Origin: Paragordius varius
Lineage: Eukaryota > Animalia > Nematomorpha
Direction of reading: 5' to 3'
Length of the DNA: 64,000 nucleotides
NCBI GenBank assembly: GCA_964247055.1
Contig: OZ176053.1
Location: 248,001-312,000, forward strand
Of the stretch, positions 37,601 to 51,216 are shown piece after piece. The notes below the pieces were generated by a model, which was not told the origin of the DNA, ran no database searches, and saw only the letters and a program-made list of their open reading frames with translations. A program made the position numbers and the translations under genes. Position 1 is the stretch's first letter; each line of letters opens with the position of its first letter.

Positions 37601-39475
37601 ATTAAATCATAAGAATAATATAAACACATATTCATCAACAAACATATATCATCTTCAAAAACAAAAAACAAAATATACCTAATTGGCGTAGGCCTACTAT
37701 AACCGAAACATGCCAAATAAGTAAAACACAGGAAAATATGCTGGATAATATATGGAACAACAAAGAATGATAAATACATTTAAGCGAGAACAATTTCTCA
37801 TGATAAACAAATCACCTACTACCAATTTCAAAATATAGTCAAATCCGTAGACTTGGCTACTACGGTCGTCACATTCAAAGATTAGATAACGCGATAAAGT
37901 TGGATTAAAAATATAACAAACCACCTTAAGCCAAACAAACAAGAGCTAGTTGGTCGTCCAGCTAGCAATAACATGGGACAAAAACATTACTCAAGACCTA
38001 CCTACAGACCAAAAACATAAAAGCCGGGGACTGGCTGGTTAAACAAAAAAAAGCCTTCAATGCAATTATCAAACACCTAAACTCCGTCACGACGAGATGC
38101 CAAGGGACCCCTTGACAACAGATATCTATCTATCCATCTATCTATCTATCTATATATCTATATATCTATCTATCAATAATCTATCTATCTATCCATCTAT
38201 CTATCAATAATCTATCTATCTATCAATAATCTATCTATCTATCTATTTGTATTGTGAAATAAAAAAATTTCATAAAAAGTCTAAAAAAAACTCCAAAAAA
38301 TTACCCGAGACCCCAGTCTCGTGTACAAACGTGATTGGGTTAAAATCACCCCCAACAACGCTTTTGCCCTCTGCCTCATCAGGATTAACCGCTAATTTTT
38401 TGGGGAAATTTCCACTATGATGTATTCGTTTATGGGGTGGTCCATCATCATCTGTTCCAATGATTGAATCAAAGTTTTTGGATTCGTTTTTTGTCAGTAA
38501 AATATCATCATTGTCACTATTTTTCCCATGTCTTTCTTCAATGCAAAGGTTAACGGTTTCAAGAATGATAAAATTTTCGCTTATTAAAGTTTTTTTAACA
38601 TCATGATGATGAGTAGTATTATTGCTACTCAACATAACAGAATCTAATATGATTGATGGTTCAAATGCCATTTTTTCATCGTTGATGAAGTTTGTTTTGA
38701 CTACTTTGGTGTGAGATTTTATGTGCGCCATCTCAAATGTTTTGTGGCGATAAACTAGCTATATATGTAACCCAAGGGAAGGGATTAAAAATATATCTTT
38801 TTACATAAAGAGAAGAAAAATTTTTTTTACTTTTAAACAAGATACATTATTTATGTAAAACACTATAAAAAATGGTATTAATTGTAAATATAAGCTTTCT
38901 TTTCTTAAGTCATCTTAAATAAATTATACCTTTAAATGAAAAAAAAGTTTTATTTTAAAAAAATATTATCCCTAAATTAAAAAGTGTTAAACTTTCCAAG
39001 CATGATGGGAATTATGATGCCTTAGGCCAGTGTGTATGAGATACATATTTCCACATCCATCATTGCAAACAATGTAATCTTTTGAGGGGAAACTGAGCGA
39101 ACTGTAAAGTCTATCTTTAACATTTTCATCATGGCCAGGTAGGGTGAAACGTGTTTTGATCACAATTTTTTTGGATATTATGTCATATGAACATAAACAA
39201 ATCTCATTGTTCTCGGATATCCAATATGCATGCTCTGCTACCCATATATCTTTATATAATCCATTGTGATTCAGGAAAGTTATGAAATGTTGGTAAGAAA
39301 ATTGATCATCTGCCAATTTTATTTGTTTGGCACCTATGTTTGTCAAACAAAAAATCATACCAAATTCATTATCAATCCAGTTAATAGGACATTTGGTGGA
39401 ATCTAATTGATACTTTTCAAAATCTTCATCGACCAAATCTCTTTCCAAGTTTAAATCAACGTATTCAGTTGCCAT
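31658..39475 (-). CDS. NUDCD1: NudC domain-containing protein 1 homologue, about 784 aa, 10 exons; CS domain not found
   Basis: Exons 39475-39361, 39333-38993, 38758-38305, 36915-36754, 36054-35731, 35545-35472, 34177-33995, 33202-33088, 32601-32315 (acceptor could be 32592), 31957-31658 total 2355 nt in phase. Matches recalled NUDCD1 blocks: DEDFEKYQL, KLADDQFS, DRLYSSLSF, DGCGNMY, SLLEWTT, QELEECD, RYDGNTL, FALRHDVHA, TFEALGYVIASK, NRKTG. Confidence 0.9.
34206..34614. mobile_element. TTAA-flanked (piggyBac-like) MITE in an NUDCD1 intron
   Basis: TTAA|CACTTCGATTCAAATTGGGGTA ... TATCCAAGTG|TTAA, with internal inverted subterminal GGGGTA..TACCCCA blocks. Confidence 0.82.
37540..38245 (+). mobile_element. 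Degenerate 3' fragment of a LINE with a (TATC)n tail, antisense in NUDCD1 intron 3
   Basis: Broken frames give IRRLGYYGRHIQR and GRP..TWDKNITQDL, typical of the non-LTR RT C-terminus. Followed by a TATC microsatellite at 38122-38245. The left boundary is approximate. Confidence 0.6.
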
Positions 39476-42400
39476 CCCTTTTTAAGCGTTTAAAAGCGTG
39501 AATAGGGTTTGATTTTATGAATGCAATTTATTTATCATGTACTCTGAAAAAAATCGGAGGCATAAAAATTATGATAAAACATTATTAAATATGTATTTGT
39601 ATTGAAATGAATTAAGGTAATGTGGGTTTTAAGTTTTTCGGGTTTCTAGTTATTGATAATAATAATTTTTTTAAGCAGTAGATTTATGAAGTCTAAAAAT
39701 TAACGCTAATTATTATTAAAAAACTATGGTAAATGTTACAACCAAAATATTTTTTTATATTATGCAAAATATATCGTACGACATAAAAAAATTAAGGCTG
39801 ATGAATGGAATATCAGCTCATACATTTTGATTGTTTTTGTTCGCCGTAACATTTTGGGATTTCGACCTCAGTGATTCAACCTAACAAACTAGAATTAGAA
39901 ACAATTTTTGGTTACAATTATATTCCAAACCCCCCTCTTTTGTATTAGCTAAAACAAATTAAAATTTTGGTATAAATACTGGAATACAAAATTCAGATAG
40001 ATAAACACTGAAACGAACAGCTGATACAAAATCAATAATTAAAGATTTTCTGGTAAATTGTAATTTTAAAAAGTTTAGTATTATTTTAGTTTTTCAACAT
40101 TAATTTATTTGCATGCCTGTTGGATTCGCGATTAAAAAATTTAAAGAAAATAGCGGCGAAAAGTATGAGATTAAGTTTTTAATTATTAATTTTTTTAAAT
40201 AAATTGAGTATGCGACTTAAGGCTAAGGAAAGCATCTTAAATTTGGTAGATGCTAAAATTTTTTAAAAATATTTTCAATGCTGAGGTATTTGCCCCAATA
40301 AGACATGAGGCGTTAATACCATATACACAACTTTATAATTGATATAACATTCATTTGTAAAAACATTTTTAGTTTCGCTTATAGGCATATTGTCACAATA
40401 TTTTATTTTTTTTTATTTTTATAATAGTCCTCAAATGACCTAGGTGCAAAAAAAGAGGTTCCCATAAATCAAGTTTTTTAAGAAATTTTTTGGCATAGTC
40501 GTAATTAGAAATTAATTCATAGTCGCCCCCCACCCATTCTTCCCTAAAATAATATTTATTTTAAAAAAACCAAATCCTTCAACACTTTTTTAGGTAGTTT
40601 TCCGCCAATTAATGACTTATGGCTATCAGTATAACTGCAATAATTTTAACCCAGTCATTATATAAATTAGCCGCCGGAAAAAGTTTATCCGATGTATGCA
40701 CCACCATATAATGACCTGAGAAGCTAATTTAAACGCTTTGAAACAATAATGATTTAAATAAAGGTTTTTCCCATTTGAATGATGCATTTTTAAAAGAACT
40801 GCTGGTTACAACTTCACTTTTTGTAAAATGCGCGCCTTAAAAATGTAACTTGGTTCCAAGCAACTTTTCGTTCCGATTTGAAACTCCAAAAAATAAATAA
40901 TGGCTTTAGGTGTTTTTGGTCGTCTAAAAACAAATTAGTTGAACGCGTTTTATAACCATTAAGTAGAACATCAACCCCTGATATACGCACCATATAATAA
41001 TTACTTGGCTTTGGTGGTATTTTCCGCCCAATTGTTTTAGATTTTTTTCTGTATAATAATGGAAGAAATTTCAGCCATGCACCTTTTTAAATTAAACGAT
41101 ATGTGGGCCTCCACTAAATTTCAAATACGCCATCAATCCAAGACAATGTCGCGGGCCGCATATCTAATTATAGCATTCATTTATCCCTTATAAAATTCAA
41201 ACATAGTACTGTAAAATGAAAACATAATTTAACATTTTTTCTAGTCATTGCAATTATAGACTTATTTATAAAAAATTTAAGAATATTATCACTAACATGT
41301 TGCTAGCATATTATTAAAAAGTCCGAATTTTTTGCGAGCCGCGTGTTGGGAACCCATGTATTAGACCATAATTAATGGTATCATGTATTTCTAAAAAAAA
41401 TTTTAGAGAGCCCTTTTTACGCTTATTATTAGGGATGGACCATTATTAAATACGCTACCATTTAAGATACTTAGAAGCATTTTACGGTAAGTACATAAGA
41501 ATTCATTAATGCCCCAAAAGCAAAAATTAGAAAGGTTATAAAATTAACTTTAGTTATAAAAGCACCCTATGTATTTTACGCATGATTTTTAAGCTCTAAA
41601 AACGGGAAAACGCACCCAAACTACTAATCTTATCTTTTTAGAGATCAACACGAAACTCATGTCTGCTATGTGACGATGACATCGGAATCGCTGATAACTG
41701 AGCAGGGCTGATTTTTTCAAAATTTTGAACCGGTTGCTTTGCTCCAGATTGAATGGTTTGATTGCAGAGTCGGTAGTTATTTTAAATTTCCCGCAGGATA
41801 TAGTAAATTAACTTTTATTTTATATCGCTCGAAAGTCAGAGTATTGATGTAATCCATACAATTGAATTTGTTAATGATAAGCGAATAAACTACTATAGTT
41901 AATATTATGGATTGCTCTCTACATGTATGCCACGAACTTAAATGTACAACTGCAACCTTAAAACATGCAAGACTCGACTCTGGACTACTGCCTATTATTG
42001 GGGGACAATGACATAAGGGAAGCAATGTTGGAGCCGCTAATATTTAAGCAGTGCTAATTATTATCAATCTTCGGCATCTTTTTTGGCCAAGGATCTTTTA
42101 TCCCGGGTTAGCGTCCCAGTTGAAAGAACTGCTGGAACATGGTCGCACGAAGGGAGAACGTTGACACTTGTGATGTCTTATCTCCAAAATGGGTCGACCT
42201 TAAAGGACAAATTCACTTAGAAAAATCACATATAAAAATAAAACCAATAAATATGCGCTCTTTAGTGAGTTGTTTGATTTGGGATGTCAACCTCTTTGGG
42301 TTTTTCTGATTATAACTGCGCTGTGCTTTTTACTGCTAGTCTCTCCCGTTGGGCACTACGATCACCTCAATGTAAACCTTTGTCTTATATGGCATGATTA

Positions 42401-42536
42401 TAGGAGCGCCTGAGGTGTCGTGTTAGTCAGATGTTATTTTGCAGGGACTATAGTATTACCAACCGGATTAATATCCAAATAGACATGTGTCGAGTCAAAT
42501 GAGTAAATTTTAAGATCTGTTTTGGTTCAAAATCGG

Positions 42537-42640
42537 TCTTCCGGCCATATCACGTTGAAAGCATTTAATCCCTTTTGAACGCCGAGTTGCGGCAAGTAGC
42601 GAGCGTTTTTTGCAGTTGGGTAGGTCTCCACTATACGTCA
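42537..42640 (+). pseudogene. Decayed 5S rRNA copy
   Basis: GGCCATATCACGTTGAAAGCA matches the 5S 5' region; similarity decays downstream. Confidence 0.65.
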
Positions 42641-43195
42641 TTTACACCACAATCTTTGGATTAATGTGATTGAGCAATTTTAAGGAAATAGAAACCAAAG
42701 TGATTCAGTAATGATGTTGGTGTTATTTCCAATTTATTAGCAGTTAGTCCAAGGTTTTAAAACTGCACCCACTGTTATGTAGGCCTTAAACAAAATTCGA
42801 CTAAATCTTTATCTGTTTATTGGAGATATTCATCAATCATAGTCGACAAAGTCACAGCGACGCAAGAAAAAGCTAATTCATCATTAAATGTCATGAATAC
42901 GTACATCCCGCATTTCGAAGATAAAAATCTATCAAATTGCATACATTTGTTATAAGTTTAACAGTTGATTTGTTTTATAGCGACGATATATGATCCCTTG
43001 TGCTTATATCGCGCCTCTTATTACATAAAATGAATGTGTATCGTGGAAACTCCGGGACACTCACCAATCAACATGTTACGTATATTTGTACTCTGAGAAC
43101 TAGTTCAAGTTGAATTTTCCTTGCCGTAATTTTAATTGTAAATAATTTACGCAAAAGGCAAATATATTAACACTATTTTAAAACTGAGCAGATAT

Positions 43196-43314
43196 GTTAC
43201 GACCATATCACGTTGAAAGCACCGGTTCCCTTCCGAACACCGAAGTTAAGCAACGTTGAGCCCGGTTAGTACTTGGATGGGTGACCGCCTGGGAATCCCG
43301 GGTGTCGTAACTTT
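43196..43314 (+). rRNA. 5S rRNA
   Basis: GTTACGACCATATCACGTTGAAAGCACCGG...GTACTTGGATGGGTGACCGCCTGGGAATCCCGGGTGTCGTAAC. Terminal stem pairs, internal C-box region intact, followed by an oligo-T Pol III terminator. Confidence 0.97.
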
Positions 43315-44471
43315 TTTACTTTCTTTTTCTCATGCAAATTATTAATCGGTTTAAAAACGATATTTTAATCAATTATTTGAATATTTTAAAACAAATGCAT
43401 CAGTCTCTATTAAATTGTAAAATTAAATTTTTTAAATATATAAAATAAAATTTAAATTCATTTAAAAACAACTGATTTGCTTTATATATATTGGCGTTTG
43501 CTCAAAACATGATGCTTTTGACTGAAATATGGAATATAAAAAAGTACATGTAAAAAGCAAAACAATATTTTTAATTTTAGATGTGGGCTTAAGTCTAATA
43601 ATATACTGGCTTAAATAAAATCGATTTTACAAAAATACAAAATATTGTCATTAATTTTATTGCGTCTGGTTATTAAGACTCTCGTAAATGTATTTAGCCA
43701 AAAACATTGTTTTATTAGTGTTAAAATTACGAATAATGAAGTAAATGAGAAAATTTATGAAGCGATAGCTAATGCAAACTTTTAAATATAATTTAATTTT
43801 TATCAAAAACGTATATTCAAATAAATAAAATTGCACGCAGTACGCCCATTGAACTGGGACAAGTTAACTCGTAAATTCTGTAGAGTATTTGGACATTAAA
43901 ATGCCATTATTTATCTACACTCGTCTTATATTAAAAATGAATGCTTAAAACAACTTATTGTATTTAGTTTTTTGGGCGAAGAGTTAAAGAAAATGTCCAA
44001 ATTTGCATTTTAATTTTCAAAATAAAAGAATAGTTTGTAAAAATATTTTGCTATTGCTTATATATCAGTGTTTAAATTTAGAGGTACCCCTTGTACCTTT
44101 GTAAAACTATAAATTTAATGATTTATGATGAGCTTGAATGGGATTATAGCCATATAAAAGAATCGAATGTAAAAAACGGAGATATTCGTTTATCAATATT
44201 TTTGACTTAAAGTAGCCATTAACTATTTCTCACTGGGTTTGATTACAATTTCCTGTTGTGTCCAAACATAAGGTGTTTGACAATTTTAAATATTAAAAAA
44301 ATATGCTAAAAATATATAACCTCGTTTAATTATGTTAATAAAGTATCTTTATCTAAAATAATAAATACTTTTAAAACACACTCCAATTTTACAATTACGG
44401 GATACTGAATATGTTTTTATTGTTCTTTGGATATTCTAATATCCGTTTATAACTATAAAAAAGAAAGTAAA

Positions 44472-44590
44472 AAAGTTACGACACCCGGGATTCCCAGGCG
44501 GTCACCCATCCAAGTAGTAACCGGGCTCAACCTTGCTTAACTTCGGTGTTCGGAAGGGAACCGGTGCTTTCAACGTGATATGGTCGTAAC
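44472..44590 (-). rRNA. 5S rRNA
   Basis: Reverse complement of the 43196 copy with two substitutions; oligo-T terminator. Confidence 0.95.
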
Positions 44591-44756
44591 ATATAAATCT
44601 ACGTTTCATTATTGGATATTGTTTACGCTGAAGTTATAATAAATTATATAATTTTTGCTGATTGATTCCATATATAATAATATAAATCTACATTTGAAAT
44701 ATTTTTAATAATTTATTTATCCTATTGTGCATTATGTAAAATTAAAATTGAGATAA

Positions 44757-44974
44757 TCTTGATACACCTTGATACGCGGAAATACTTTGATTGGTAGGTG
44801 ACCAAAGAATTTCCGACGATGTACTTCCATTAAATACGTTTAGTGCCGCGAGATAAGCACAAGGTAACGCACATCGTTGTTCAAAACAAATCAACGGCGA
44901 AACTTATATTAAATGTTTGCGACTTGATAGATTATCTTTAAAAGGCAGCGTGTATGTATCAAGGTGTATCAAGA
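44757..44974. mobile_element. Small MITE with a perfect 19-bp TIR
   Basis: TCTTGATACACCTTGATAC ... GTATCAAGGTGTATCAAGA. A diverged internal homologue lies in reverse at about 42900-43080. No TSD recognised. Confidence 0.7.
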
Positions 44975-45352
44975 AAAGGGTGTAGCAGACCCATGTTGCC
45001 ACTGTCCACAAAAGACGTCCCTTGCTGTCCTTCCATACACCAAATGGTGGTTCAGTGACAGCCGTCTAGTAGCGTTGGGGGTGGGGTTGCATCTAAGGAT
45101 ATAGTGGTACGTTTATAGATATAGACATGTAAGTATGCATTTTTGGTTAAGGTAAAAGTTTACATATGTGGTAAATGAATGTTTAGGTTGCTTAGCAATC
45201 TTAGACTGGTAACTTCTTAGCCCAATACAAAACCTATTTATGATTCAAAATCAATCCTAGTCATATGCAAGAGTGATAAGATTAAATGCTATACTCTATA
45301 AATATGTTAAATCCTATGTGCGTATTAATACCTGTAATGATAGCATAGTTGT

Positions 45353-45998
45353 TCAAGGGGTAAATAATGTCATTAATGTGTTAGTCATCCAGATATTCTC
45401 ATTATATCTGGTTGTAGGTGTGTCACTGCCTGTGGGCCTATCATTAGGATCAGCGTCTGCGGGTATGGGTGATTGTCGGGAGTCCCTATTAGTTGTCATT
45501 CTTCTAACCTTCCGTCTTCGCGCTCTAGCTCGCTCTAGGCGACGTAGACGCTTTCGTTCTCTTTTTTCCTTATATAACACGATTTCTTCTTCAATAAGTT
45601 CCTTCTTTTGTTTCCCGCTTAGGTGTTTCCAAGTCCCATTTACTACTGCATCAACGAATTTGTTATCGGATAATCCCACGCGGTTCATGAATAGCGCAAT
45701 TCATCCATACCATGATCGTTTGTAGTGCGCGTTATCTAACCTCCATTCCAATGCATCTCGCAGGGGGCTCCTAGAATTATGCCGAATTTGGTGGGCCATT
45801 ATGTTCAGATCAGCTAAGGGAATAGCAAGGCGTATGGAAAGCATCGTTGTTTTTTTTGTGGAGGTAGCAGGTGGGTAGTTGACAGTTTTACGACGGCGTG
45901 TATGTGTCGCCAGTGATGCGGCGGAGGCATTTATGTATGAAAACCTGTATTTTTCGGGTGTGTTTATGAGTGGTGCGCCATATTAAAAAGCCATATGT
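45353..45998 (-). mobile_element. Degenerate LINE fragment (RT C-terminal region)
   Basis: TYGFLIWRTTHKHTRKIQVFIHKCLRRITG and AHQIRHNSRSPLRDALEW, with internal stops and a K/R-rich tail. Related relic at 61000-61610. Confidence 0.75.
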
Positions 45999-46364
45999 TA
46001 TGCGGGGGAATAATTAAGCATTTGAAAATTTTAAGTTTCAGTTTAAGGCCTACCTTTTTCGATTGCCACAAGCCACCAAGACCGTTTTATAATTTTTTGT
46101 GATATAATAGCTGTGCAAACGTAGCTGTGACTTTTTCGACTATTAATTTTTGCGATAAACAAAAAATTGAACAATTTTGAGGAGGCCAATATAACGGTGG
46201 CCGCGGTTCTAAATATGGGCAAATTATAAAAAGCTTTGGACTAAGATTGCTTTTAAATAGGATATAACAAATATTATTATTATCGAATCAACATGGTCTC
46301 TAAGCTCTCTTGAAATTGCTCAGTCATATTAATTTTATATTTTGGTGTATTTGACAATGGGTGA

Positions 46365-46464
46365 AGCCCTACCCAGCGGCTAATTACAAAAAAGCATTGA
46401 ACTGCGTTACTTAACTTCGGTGTTATAATGGTAACTAGTGTTTTTAGCATTTTATGGTCGCAAA
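46365..46464 (-). pseudogene. Decayed 5S rRNA copy
   Basis: 46405-46464 aligns without gaps to the reverse complement of the first 60 nt of 5S, with 44 of 60 identities by hand count. Confidence 0.75.
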
Positions 46465-46605
46465 ATATTTTATGGTTATAATAATGCAAATATAAAACCA
46501 ATATTGGTGAGTTATTTGATTTGACATGTCACCGTCTTGTTTAGCTGATGGTCTCTCCAACCCGCTCAACAATGACCTCGCTATATGCACTGGCATAATT
46601 ATTAA

Positions 46606-47152
46606 CACTTGGGTACAACGCATTCATTTAAGTCCCATGATTCAAATTTAGATACTCCAGGCTTGCTTAAAATTAAACATTTCAAAAAATATGGAATTAA
46701 AACGATGGCAAAGAAATGCACTTATATGACATAAAACGAAATATAAAAAATTCATTTAATAATACTTGATGTTACTTATTCAGAGGTAAAACCCAAAGGT
46801 AAAAATTTAGGCAACATGACATATGTGCACAAACTATAAATATAATACCAAATATACCATTTTTTCTGTTTAATTCAATGTAAAATGTGATAATAATGAA
46901 GCAAACTTAATTTTGGCTTCTTAGAATCAAATAAACACAATATTTTGCAAAAAAATAAAAATGGTGTTTAAGTAGTTTGATACGGAATATTTTTTATCCA
47001 AAACTAAATTTATTTTATTTTTTGGCTTATTTATTTAATTTCTACTAGGATAGAAGCCCAAATTTAAATTGGAAGCGTTTCCAATAGTTTTTTTGAAATA
47101 TTATCTTAAATATTGTTTGGGTTATTTCTATACTTCAATTTGAGTAGAAGTG
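46606..47152. mobile_element. TTAA-flanked (piggyBac-like) MITE, third copy
   Basis: TTAA|CACTTGGGTA ... AGAAGTG|TTAA; internal similarity to the 26146 and 34206 copies. Confidence 0.75.
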
Positions 47153-49226
47153 TTAAAGGCGCGCTTGGGGTGTCGCGTTAGTCAGGCAGAAGTTATTTTG
47201 CACGGACTACACTATTATACCCAACTGAATGTAATCCTAATACCTTTAATTTTAATAAATACTTTTTGGGTTAAACTTTGCCATCATGATAGGCGAGATT
47301 AACTTCTTATTAATTTAATTGCAGCCTGACACCATATTAAGATCTTTACACTTGACATAAATATTTCGGCACTGTTTTTTAAATATTAGCATTGAACCCG
47401 CTTATATGTAACTTTCTATTTTAATTATATTGGCATTAAAAGAAATATTAATTTAAGATGTTTCTCTTTCTTAATTGTGGATTATTTCCTATTATTTATA
47501 TTTAGATTATGACTTATTTTGTAATTGAATTTTTATAATGATTCTTTTTTATACTAAAAAACGGATCTATTTTAAAATATTCACACATTTTGGCTATGAC
47601 TGGGGACCGGAAGTTTTTTATGAAAGAAATTAGAAGGAAAACACTTCATATTGTTTAAGAACCGACTACATTATTTTTCTAATGAGTATTAACCAATTTT
47701 TTTAAAATTACTATCTTGCATTTTATTTTGTAATAAAACTAATTCTCTTAAAACTATGTTCGCATTATTTTAAGTAATATCCTAATTTTATTTTCTATCA
47801 ATCTCTATATAAATATGTATCCGCGGCTACTTGCGCGGTCTGCGAAATTTGTGTAAAAATTACAGATAATCGAAATTCTATAATTATATATTTTAAATAT
47901 TATTTATTAATGATGATAATATTTATGATTTTTGGCCCATAACTAAATTCCAAAAAATTATTTACAGAGTCTCTTATTAGCGAACTAAGGTTAAATGAAC
48001 ACCTTATAGAAAATAAACGTACATATTCAATTTATTTAAATGTAAGCCTTAACTAAACCTAAATGGTATGCATGTAGTATGCATCAGATCACTTTTTAGA
48101 TAGTTGGAAAAAATGCGGATATTTCTTTAGCAAATTTCATTTAACGATTTCTAAATTTTGAAAACAGAATGGTTAGTTTTTGGTTAATTAAACTAGTAAT
48201 GGGTATTATGATTTAAAAGTTTCATGTTTAAAACTTTTTATTAGATTATGTCGTTATATATAATCTGTATGCGTCTCGCCGGATTTTCAAGATAATAATG
48301 CGGCTTGTGAAACGATATGTATTGGGCCATCAAACTAATACAGCACCCTATTAGCCAAAAAATACAGCAGCGGACTTATTGTAATTTGCGGTTTTTTCGG
48401 CCAATTACGAATATGGTCTCAAATTTGCTAATCGATTAGCTAATATAAAAATAGGACAAAGCTTTTATTGTTCGTTTTCGTTCCAAAAACAAGCATGGAT
48501 TTCGAAAATGGCGCCCAGGTCCAGGGATCCAGTAATACTCATCAGCAAATAATATTTATCATGTCTCAAGAGCCGTTGACGATATAATACCGAAAAAAAT
48601 TTACACATTTGCAGATATTTATACTCAAATTAACTATATCAAAAACAAATAATTTAGGGTCTTATATAAAACTTTTAGGGCCTCATACCGCCTGTGGGCC
48701 GCCGTTTGAGTATACCCTTCATTCCCTTACTATAAAGTGACCAGATAGGCTGTTTTTCGCAGTACAGTACTGGGTTTTCGAAAAAAAACCGCGCCTGTAC
48801 TGCGATGACTTTTGTCCTGCTTTTTGAAATAATTTTTTTTATAAATATGTTTTAATTACCATTTATTTATACAAGTTTTGTTTGTAGAATTCGATAGAGT
48901 ACCCTTAGTTAAAATAAATAAATGGTTTTTTTACTGTAAAAAACTATGGCCTTTAATTTTAATATTTTATTTCCTGCTCTAATTATACATGGAATTGAGT
49001 TTTGGACCGGCCAAATCGCTTATGAATGCAGCCATTCGCGAAGTGGCGGAACTATCAATATCAGACTCCAGATTTAGGCCAAAATTTCACTCAGGGCTTC
49101 CGCAAAAGCGACCTCAAAAATAAACAAATAAATTAATATTTTAGTAATTTTATCTTTTAAAATTCATTTTGTTTCATATAAGTTTCAGCTAAATTAATTT
49201 ATTTGAGTTTACTCTAATTATAATTA

Positions 49227-50328
49227 CACTAGACAACAAATTTTAACTTTTTTTAACTGCCATTCTTGTTAATTTAAAATATTTCATTAAAATACATAAT
49301 TAGTATATCCGAAAAGAAAATTGGTCTTACATGGAAGAATTTTTTTATATTAGAGTTTATCGATAATTTTTGGCCCCGATTTAACATTAAACTCGAAATT
49401 TCGAAAATTTAAAGTTTTAGATATGAACCCATGTATTTTATATCATTCGAAAGAGCGCAAAAAACTGCATCTTTTAAATGGTAGTAAGTCATTTAAATCC
49501 ATCGGATATAAAAGTTATTTGGATTTAAATGGTCAAAATTTTCAATCCTTATATAAGTCAAGAATTTTCACAGACAAACTAATTTGAAAATCATATAAAT
49601 TATTTTAATATAATTATTAGGGTTATATTAGTATTTAATTTAAAAAAAATGTTTGAAAAAGCTTTTGGTTTGCTTTTTGAATAAAAATTATTATTATCAT
49701 AAATATTTTACCTAGTGGATACTAAAATGCATAGTTATACTGTAAATTTATTACATAATGGCTATAAAAGATTAAAAATACATTAAACTTTGTTTTTATC
49801 TTTAAATTTTCGAAATTATCAGCCTTCAAAGAAAATAAATTAATATTGATGAGATGGTAATTTTTAAAAAACAAAATACTTAAAATGGCTGTTTTGAGTG
49901 ACATAAAAGCAATAAAAAATGTTTTTATCAAAAAAAACTTTCTCGTGTTATCTTTTTTGGACATTCATCTCCATCTTAACAAAATTTGAGCTATTTTCAT
50001 CCATTAGATTTAAAATATAATAATTTAAAAAAATGCTCTCGCTTCGCGCGTTTGTCGCTCTTTGTGTCCAATATTAATTGTCGATGTAATATTAGTATAC
50101 ATTTTATAGAGTTTTTAATACTCTTTCGAATGATATATTATAAATGGGCATTACTTGTATATTTTCAAAGAAAAACATTTTTTAGTAAAATTTTGATAAA
50201 GAGGGCGCATAATCAAAAAAATATTCTTCCAACGAGTTATAATTTTTATTTCAGATTTACTGTTAAAATGATATTAAATATCAAAAAATGCAAAAAACTC
50301 GAATGGCAGAAAAATTTGTTGTCTAGTG
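49227..50328. mobile_element. CMC (CACTA/Chapaev3-like) non-autonomous element nested in the hAT element
   Basis: TIR CACTAGACAACAAATTT / AAATTTGTTGTCTAGTG with TTA on both flanks; homologous to 4741-5798 in reverse. Confidence 0.83.
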
Positions 50329-51216
50329 TTATCAAACAGTTATTTTTTATATTTCCGCAACATATTATTTTTAAAATTCATTATATTTGGTGCGATATAA
50401 CCTTTTTTTCTAGAAATAAAACAACTTTTTTATGCTTTGGGCGGGAGGTATGTTCCTTAATTTTTTGCTTCCCCTAACTTTAATTTTTAGCCAGTTTTCT
50501 TTTCATTCTTTTGTGCATAAACAAATTTATAGACCTATTTTAATTTTGGCACACATACACACACATAATAATTTTTTTATTAATTCTTTTCATTTTAATT
50601 TTCTTTTCCGTTTTTCCTATAAACAAAATATGGACTATGGAAAAAACACAACTCATAATAGATACCTTGAAAGCAATTGTAATAGTCAAAAATACAGAAG
50701 AAAATTGTGAAGCTTTTTTAGATAAAATTTCGCAAAACCATAAATTATTGGGACAAATACATACAGTCATGTAGACTTTATTTTGTTAAAGATTTACTTT
50801 CTTTCGTTTAATCTGAAAAATATATATAATTCATTATTTTTAGATATTATTACTATTATAAAAAAATAATTATTTATTAATAATTATGTCACGTCATATA
50901 CCATTGATTGGGTAGACTCAGAACTACTTGAATTATTTTTGAATTTTACACTGTAGGAAAGTCGGCATTTGAATAATTATCTATCCATTCACCTATCTTT
51001 TTTTCATCTACGCATAGTTTTACCTGCTGTCAAATAGTATTTTTTCTAAAAAGCTATGGAACAGAACTTTATAAGATCGTGTGTGAATGATTCTATCTGC
51101 ACGGCAACATCTTATAAAAACCAGATATATTGTTTCCCTTTATTTTTATTATCATATATTGGAAATTATATTGTTTTTGACAATTAGCATTTTTTAAAAC
51201 AAACATACCATTATAA

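Noticed and set aside
39480-42400. Possible gene divergent from NUDCD1, and ORF 41777-42025
   Set aside because: No spliceable frame with recognisable homology was found; the region contains hAT-like terminal motifs and decayed sequence.
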